A stretch of DNA of 64,000 nucleotides from the human T2T-CHM13v2.0 reference genome, Homo sapiens, in NCBI RefSeq assembly GCF_009914755.1, contig NC_060933.1; one strand, given 5' to 3'. The position numbers and the translations under genes are program-made. This document shows positions 55,576-64,000 of the stretch, piece after piece. The notes under the pieces were generated by a model. That model was not told the DNA's origin and did no database searches. It saw only the letters and a list, made by a program, of their open reading frames with translations. The first letter of the stretch is position 1. Each line of letters starts with the position of its first letter.

Positions 55576-58500
55576 ATAAACCCGAGTGCAATGGAATGGA
55601 GTGGAATGGAATGGAATGGAATGGAACCACCCGAATGGAATGGAATGTAATGGAGAGTAAGGGAGTTGAATAGAATAAATCCGAATGTAATGGAATGGAA
55701 TGGAACGGAATGGAATTGAATGGAATGGAATGGAATGCAATGGAATGGAATCAACCCGAGTTCAATGGAATGGAGAGGAATGGAATGGAATGGAATGGAA
55801 ACCACCCGAATGGAATGGAATGGAATGGAGTGTAAGCGAATTGAATAGAATCAATCCGAATGTAATGGAATGGAATGGAACGGAATGGAATGGAATGGAA
55901 TGGAATGGAATGGAATGGAATGCAATGGAATGGAATCATCAGTAATGGAATGGAAAGGAATGGAAAGGACTGGAATGGAATGAAATGGAATGGAATGGAA
56001 TGGAATGGAATGGAATCAACTCGATTGCAATCGAATGGAATGGAATGGAATTAACCCGAATAGAATGGAATGGAATGGAATGGAACGGAACGGAATGGAA
56101 TGGAGTGGAATGGAATGGAACGGAAAGGAATGGAATGGAATGGAATGGAACGGAATGGAATGGAATGGAATCAACGCGAGTGCAGGGGAATGGAATGGAA
56201 TCGAATGGAATGGAAAGGAATGGAATGGAATCAACCCGAGTGCAGGGGAACGTAATGGAACGGAATGCAATGGAATGGAATCATCCGGAAAGGAATGGAA
56301 TGGAATGGAATGGAATCAACCCGAGAGCAATGGAATGGAGTGGAATGGAAAGGAATGGAATGGAACAAACCGAATGGAATGGAATGTAATGGAGAGTAAG
56401 GGAGTTGAAAAGAATCAATCCGAATGTAATGGAATGGAATGGAACGGAATGGAATGGAATGGAATGGAATGGAATGGAATGCAATGGAATGGAATCAACC
56501 CGAGTACAATGGAATGGAATGGAATGGAATGGAATGGAATGGAATGGAATGGAATGGAATGCAATGGAATGGAATCTTCCGGAATGGAATGAAATGGAAT
56601 GGAATGGAATGCAATGGATTCAAATCGATTGCAAAGGAATGGAATAGAATGGAATGGAATGGAATGGAATGGAATGGAATTAAACCGAATAGAATGGAAT
56701 GGAATGGAATGGAACGGAATGGAACGGAACGGAACGGAACGGAGTGGAATGGAATGGAATGGAATTGTATGCAATGAAATGGAATGGTACGGAATAGAAT
56801 GGAATGGAAAGAATTGGAATGGAATGGAATCGAATGGAATGGAATGGAATGGAATGGAATCAACCCGAGTGCAGGGGAATGTAATGGAACGGAATGCAAT
56901 GGAATGGAATCATCCGGAATGGAATGGAATGGAATGGAATGGAATGGAATCAATCCGAGTGCAATGGAATGGAGTGGAATGGAATGGAATGGAATGGAAC
57001 AACCCGAATGGAATGGAATGTAATGGAGAGTAAGGGAGTTGAATAGAATCAATCCGAATGAAATGGAATGGAATGCAACGGAATGGAATGGAATGGAATG
57101 GAATGGAATGCAATGGAAGGGAATCAACCCGAGTACAATGGAATGGAATGGACTGGAATGGAATGGAATGGAATGGAATGGAATGCCTTCAAACCGAATG
57201 GAATGGAAAGGAATGAAATCAACACGAGTGGAATGGAATGCAATGGAATGGAATGGAATGATACGGAATAGAATGGAATGGAACGAAATGGAATGGAATG
57301 GAATGGAATGGAATGGAATGGAATGGAATGGAATGGAATGGAATCGTTCCGAGTGGAATAGGAGGGAATGTATTCGAGTGGAATGGAAAGGAATGGAATC
57401 AAGCAGAGTGGAAAGGAAGGGAATGGAATGGAATGGAAACTAATAGAATGGAATCAACCCCAGTGGAATGGAATGGAAAGGACTGGAATGGAAAGGAATG
57501 GAATGGAATGGAATGGAATGGAATGGAATGGAATGGAATCAACGCGAGTGCAGGGGAATGGAATGGAATGGAATGGAATGGAATGGAATGGAATGGAATT
57601 TAATCAACCCGAGTGCAGGGGAATGTAATGGAACGGAATGCAATGGAATGGAATCATCCGGAATGGAATGCAATGGAATGGAATGGAATCAACCCGAGTG
57701 CAATGGAATGGAGTGGAATGGAATGGAATGGAATGGAACAATCCGAATGGAATGGAATGTAATGGAGAGTAAGGGAGTTGAAAAGAATCAATCCGAATGT
57801 AATGGAATGGAACGGAATGGAATGGAATGGAATGGAATGGAATGGAATGGAATACAATGGAATGGAATCAACCCGAGTACAATGGAATGGAATGGAATGG
57901 AATGGAATGGAATGGAATGGAATGATACGGAATAGAATGGAATGGAACGAAATGGAATGGAATGGAATGGAATGGAATGGAATGGAATGGAATGGAATGG
58001 AACGGAATCGTTCCAAGTGGAATAGGAAGGAATGTATTCGAGTGGAATGGAAAGGAATGGAATCAACCAGAGTGGAATGGAAGGCAATGGAATGGAATGG
58101 AAACTAATAGAATGGAATCAACCCGACTGGAATGGAATGGAAAGGACTGGAATGGAATGGAATGGAATGGAATCAACTCGATTGTAATGGAATGGAATGG
58201 AATGGAATGGAATGGAATGGAATGGAATCAACCCGAGTGCAATGGAATGGAGTGGAATGGAATGGAATGGAATGGAACAACCTGAATGGAATGGAATGGA
58301 ATGGAGAGTAAGGGAGTTGAATAGAATCAATCCGAATGTAATGGAATGGAATGGAACGGAATGGAATTGAATGGAATGGAATGGAATGCAATGGAATGGA
58401 ATCAACCCGAGTGCAATGGAATGGAGAGGAATGGAATGGAATGGAATGGAAACTACCCGAATGGAATGGAATGTAATGCAGTGTAAGGGAATTGAATAGA

Positions 58501-61450
58501 ATCAATCCGAATGTAATGGAATGGAATGGAATGGAATGGAATGGAATGGAATGGAATGGAATTGAATGGAATGGAATGCAATGGAATGGAATCAACCCGA
58601 GTGCAATCGAATGGAATCAAATTGAATGGAATGCAATGGAATGGATTCAACTTGAATGGAATGGAAAGAATGGAATCAACACGAGTGGAATGGCATGGAT
58701 TGGAATGGAATGGAATGGAATCAACCCGAGTACAGGGGAATGGAATGGAATGGAATGCAATGGAATGGAATCATCCGTAATGGAATGGAAAGGAATGGAA
58801 TGGAATGGAATGGAATGGAATGGAATGGAATGGAATCAACTCGATTGCAATCGAATGGAATGGAATGGAATTAACCCGAATAGAATGGAATGCAATGGAA
58901 TGGAACGGAACGGAATGGAATGGAATGGAATGGAACGGAACGGAATGGAATGGAATGGAATGGAATGGAATCAACGCGAGTGCAGGGGAATGGAATGGAA
59001 TGGAATGCAATGGAATGGAAACTTCCGGAATGGAATGGAATGGAGTGGAATGGAATGAAATGCAATGGATTCAACTCGATTGCAGTGGAGTGGAATAGAA
59101 TGGAATGGAATGGAATGGAATGGAATGGAATTAATCCGAATGGAATGGAAAGGAATGGAATGGAACGGAATGGAACGGAATGGAATGGAATGGAATGGAA
59201 TGGAATGGCATGGAATGGAATGGAATGGTACGGAATAGAATAGAATGGAACGAATTGTAATGGAATGGAATTGAATGGAATGGAATGGAATGGAATGGAA
59301 TCAACGCGAGTGCAGGGGAATGTAATGGAACGGAATGCAATGGAAAGTAATCATCCGGAATGGAATGGAATGGAATGGAAAGGAATGGAATCAACCCGAG
59401 TGCAATGGAATGGAGTGGAATGGAATGGAATGGAATGGAACAACCCGAATGGAATGGAATGTAATGGAGAGTAAGGGAGTTGAATAGAATCAATCCGAAT
59501 GTAATGGAATGGAATGCAACGGAATGGAATGGAATGGAATGGAATGGAATGGAATGCAATGGAATGGAATCAACCCGAGTACAATGGAATGGAATGGAAT
59601 GGAATGGAATGGAATGGAATGGAATGATACGGAATGGAATGGAATGGAACGAAATGGAATGGAATGGAACGGAATGGAATGGAATGGAATGCAATGGAAT
59701 CGTTCCGAGTGGAATAGGAGGGAATGTATTCGAGTGGAATGGAAAGGAATGGAATCAACCAGAGTGGAATGGAAGGGAATGGAATGGAATGGAAACTAAT
59801 AGAATGGAATCAACCCGAGTGGAATGGAATGGAAAGGACTGGAATGGAATGGAATGGAATGGAATAAACTCGATTGTAATAGAATGGAATGGAATGGAAT
59901 GGAATGGAATGGAATGGAATGGAATGGAATTAACCCGAATACAATGGAATGGAATGGAATGGAACGGAATGGAGTGGAATGGAATGGAATCAACCCGAGT
60001 GCAGGGGAATGGAATGGAATGGAATGCAATGGAATGGAATCATCCAGAATGGAATGGAATGGAATGGAATGCAAAGCAATGGAATCAACTCGATTGCAAT
60101 GGAATGGAATGGAATGGAAAGGAATACATTGGAATCAACCCGAGTGGAATGGAATGGAAAGGACTGGAATGGAGTGGAATGGAATGGAATGGAATGGAAT
60201 GGAATGGAATGGAATCAACTTGATTGGAATGGAATGGAATAGAATGGAATAGAATGGAATGGAATGGAATGGAATTAACCCGAATAGAAAGGAATGGAAT
60301 GGAATGGAACGGAACGGAATGGAATGGAATGGAATGGAATGGAATGGAATCAACCCGACTGCAGGGGAATGTAATGGAATGGAATGCAATGGAATGGATT
60401 CAACTTGAATGGAATGGAAAGAATGGAATCAACACGAGTGGAATGGCATGGATTGGAATGGAATGGAATGGAATCAACCCGAGTACAGGGGAATGGAATG
60501 GAATGGAATGTAATGGAATGGAATCATCAGTAATGGAATGGAATGGAATGGAATGGAATGGAATGGAATGGAATGGAATGGAATGGAATCGACTCGATTG
60601 CAATCGAATGGAATGGAATGGAATTAACCCGAATAGAATGGAATGGAATGGAATGGAACGGAACGGAACGGAACGGAATGGAATGGAATGGAATGGAATG
60701 GAATGGAATGGAACGGAAACGAAAGGAATGGAATGGAATGGAATGGAATGGAATGGAATCAACGCGAGTGCAGGGGAATGGAATGGAATGGAATGCAATG
60801 GAATGGAATCTTCCGGAATGGAATGGAATGGAATGGAATGGAATGGAATGGAATGGAATGGAATGGAATAAACCCGAGTGCAATGGAATGGAGTGGAATG
60901 GAATGGAATGGAATGGAACAACCCGAATGGAATGGAATGTAATGGGGACTAAGGGAGTTGAATAGAATCAATCCGAATGTAATGGAATGGAGTGGAACGG
61001 AATGGAATTGAATGGAATGGAATGGAATGCAATGGAAAGGAATCAACCCGAGTGCAATGGAATGGAGAGGAATGGAATGGAATGGAATGGAAACTACCCG
61101 AATGGAATGGAATGTAATGGAGTGTAATGGAATTGAATAGAATCAATCCGAATGTAATAGAATGGAAAGGAATGGAATGGAATGGAATGGAATGGAATGC
61201 AATGGAATGGAATCAACCCGAGTGCAATCGAATGGAATCGAATGGAATGGAATGCAATGGAATGGATTCAACTTGAATGGAATGGAAAGAATGGAATCAA
61301 CACGAGTGGAAGGGCATGGATTGGAATGCAATCGAATGGAATCAACCCGAGTACAGGGGAATGGAAAGGAATGGAATGCAATGGAATGGAATCATCCGTA
61401 ATGGAATGGAAAGGAATGGAATGGAATGGAATGGAATGGAATGGAATGGA
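55576..61450 (-). repeat. ~5.84-kb higher-order repeat, copy 3
   Basis: Starts ATAAACCCGAGT at 55576. ORFs 55985, 57039, 58656, 60224 and 61162 match copies 1 and 2. It diverges after the pure GGAAT run at ~61420-61450. Confidence 0.92.
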
Positions 61451-64000
61451 ACGGAACGGAACGGAATGGAATGGAATGGAATGGAATGGAATGGAATGGA
61501 ATGGAATGGAATCAACGCGAGTGCAGGGGAATGGAATGGAATGGAATGGAATGGAATGAAATGCAATGGATTCAACTCGATTGCAATGGAATGGAATAGA
61601 ATGGAATGGAATGGAATGGAAAGGAATTAACCCGAATAGAATGGAATGGAATGGAATGGAACGGAATGGAACGGAATGGAATGGAATGGAATGGAATGGA
61701 ATGGAATGGAATGGTACGGAATAGAATGGAATGGAACGAATTGTAATGGAATGGAATTGAATGGAATGGAATGGAATGGAATGGAATCAACGCGAGTGCT
61801 GGAGAATGTAATGGAACGGAATGCAATGGAATGGAATCATCCGGAATGGAATGGAATGGAATGGAATGGAATGGAATGGAATCAACCCGAGTGCAATGGA
61901 ATGGAATGGAACAACCCGAATGGAATGGAATGTAATGGAGAGTAAGGGAGTTGAATAGAATCAATCCGAATGTCATGGAATGGAATGCAACGGAATGGAA
62001 TGGAATGGAATGGAATGGAATGGAATGGAATGGAATGGAATGCAATGGAATGGAATTAACCCGAGTGGAATGGCATGGAATGGAATGCAATGGAATGGAA
62101 TGGAATGGAATCAACTCGAGTGGAAAGGAATGGAATGGAATGGAAAGGAATGGAATGAAATCAACTCGAGTGGAATGGAATGGAATGGAATAGATTGGAA
62201 TGGATTGCAACGGAATGAAATGGAATGGAATGGAATGGAATCAATCATTCCGAGTGGAATGGAAGGGAATGTAATGGAGTGGAAAGAAGGGAATGGAATC
62301 AACCCGATTGGAATGCAAGGCAATGGAATGGAATGGAAAGGAATGGAATGGAATCAACTCGATTGCAATGGAATGGAATGGAATGGAATGGAATGGAATG
62401 GAATGGAATTAACCGGAATTGAATGGAATGCAATGGAATGGAACGGAATGGAATGGAATGGAAGGTAATGGAATCAACACGAGTGCAGGGGAATGGAATG
62501 GAATGGAATGCAATGGAATGGAATCATCCGGAATGGAATGGAATGGAATGGAATCAACTCCATTGCAATGGAATGGAATGGAATGGAATGGAATGGAATA
62601 GAATGGAATGGAATTAACCCGAATAGAATGGAATGCAATAGAATGGAATGGAACGGAACCGAATGGAGTGGAATGGAATGGAATGGAATCAACCTGAATG
62701 CAGGGGAATGGAATGGAATGGAATGCAATGGAATGGAATCATCCGGAATGGAATGGAATGGAATGGAATGGAATGGAATCAAACCGAGTGCAATGGAATG
62801 GAGTGAAATGGAATGGAATGGAATGGAAACAACCAGAATAAATAGGAATATAATGGAGTGTAAGGGAATTGAATAGAATCATTCTGAATGTAATTAAATG
62901 GAATTGAACGGAATGGAATGGAATGGAATGGAATCGAATGGAATGGAATGGAATGGAATCAACCCGAGTGCAATGGAATGGATTCGAATGGAATGGAATG
63001 GAGTGGATTGGATTCAACCCGAATGGAATGGAAAGGAATGGAATCAACCCGAGTGGAATGGCATGGAATGGAATGGAATGGAATGGAATGGAATGGTTCG
63101 GAATAGAATGGATTGGAACAAAATGGAATGGAATGGAATGGAATGGAATGGAATGGAATGGAATGGAATGGAATGGAATGGAATCAAGTCGATTGCAATG
63201 GAATAGAATGGAATGGAATGGAACGGATCGGAATGGAATGGAATGGAATGGAATGGAATTAAATGGAATGGAATGGAATGGAGTCAACCCGAGTGTAGGG
63301 GAAAGGAATGGAATGGAATGCAATGGAATGGAATGGAATGGAATGGAATACAATGGAATGGAATCAACCCGAGTGGAATGGCATGGAATGGAATGAAATG
63401 GAATGGAATGGAATGGAATCAACTCGAGTGGAAAGGAATGGAATGGAATGGAAAGGAATGGAATGAAATCAACTCGAGTGGAATGGAATGGAATGGAATG
63501 GATAGGAATGGATTGCAATGGAATGAAATGGAATGGAATGGAATGGAATCAATCATTCCGAGTGGAATGGAAGGGAATGTAATGGAGTGGAAAGAAGGGA
63601 ATGGAATCAACCCGAGTGGAATGCAAGGCAATGGAATGGAATGGAAAGGAATGGAATGGAATCAACTGGATTGCAATGGAATGGAATGGAATGGAATGGA
63701 ATGGAATGGAATGGAATGGAATGGAATGGAAAGGAATGGAATGGAATGAAATGGAATGGAATGGAGTGCAATGGAATGGAATCAACCCGAGTGCAATCGA
63801 ATGGAATCGAATGGAATGGAATGCAATGGAATGGATTCAACTTGAATGGAAGGGAAAGAATGGAATCAACACGAGTGGAATGGCATGGATTGGAAAGGAA
63901 TGGAATGGAATCAACCCGAGTATAGGGGAATGGAATGGAATGGAATGCAATGGAATGGAATCATCCGTAATGGAATGGAAAGGAATGGAATGGAATGGAA

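Larger units (their letters stand above)
38100..64000 (-). repeat. Satellite III (HSat3) array in inverted orientation, G-rich (GGAAT)n strand on +
   Basis: Continuous GGAAT pentamers with CAACCCGAGT, CAACTCGATT, TAACCCGAAT, CAATCCGAAT and CATCCGGAAT interruptions. This is the left arm's motif vocabulary, reverse-complemented. Confidence 0.97.

Noticed and set aside
1-64000. Hundreds of 60-355 aa ORFs (IPFHS- and MEWNG-repeat peptides) on both strands
   Set aside because: (CATTC)n and (GGAAT)n contain no stop codon in any frame. The overlapping ORFs in all six frames have no domain content and are artefacts of the repeat.
1-64000. CRISPR-like repeat/spacer appearance (conserved decamers separated by variable stretches)
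   Set aside because: The 'spacers' are pentamer runs rather than unique sequence, spacing is irregular, there are no cas genes, and the context is eukaryotic satellite.
1-64000. Firm assignment to a chromosome, species or HSat3 subfamily (e.g. chr9 HSat3B5)
   Set aside because: It is plausible from the decamer content and the inversion, but it needs alignment or k-mer classification against T2T assemblies, which I cannot run.

Overview
The whole 64-kb window is human/great-ape-type Satellite III (HSat3) pericentromeric DNA: (CATTC)n/(GGAAT)n pentamer runs punctuated every ~30-150 bp by variants of the classic CAACCCGA(G/A)T decamer. I see no credible gene, RNA gene or transposon, and all listed ORFs are pentamer-translation artefacts (IPFHS / MEWNG). 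The structure is still rich. There is one sharp strand inversion at 38100-38101 (C-rich strand on + to the left, G-rich strand on + to the right) with a 2-bp microhomology and a nearby inverted homolog. Nested higher-order repeats include a 5.15-kb unit, three copies of a ~5.84-kb unit whose middle copy is a mosaic, a 720-bp tandem and several dispersed duplications. At least 21 perfect three-unit heat-shock elements arise from one recurrent variant motif. The pentamer register slips in only one direction across the window. A chr9q12-like HSat3B origin is plausible but is inference. All comparisons were made by eye, so boundaries are approximate.
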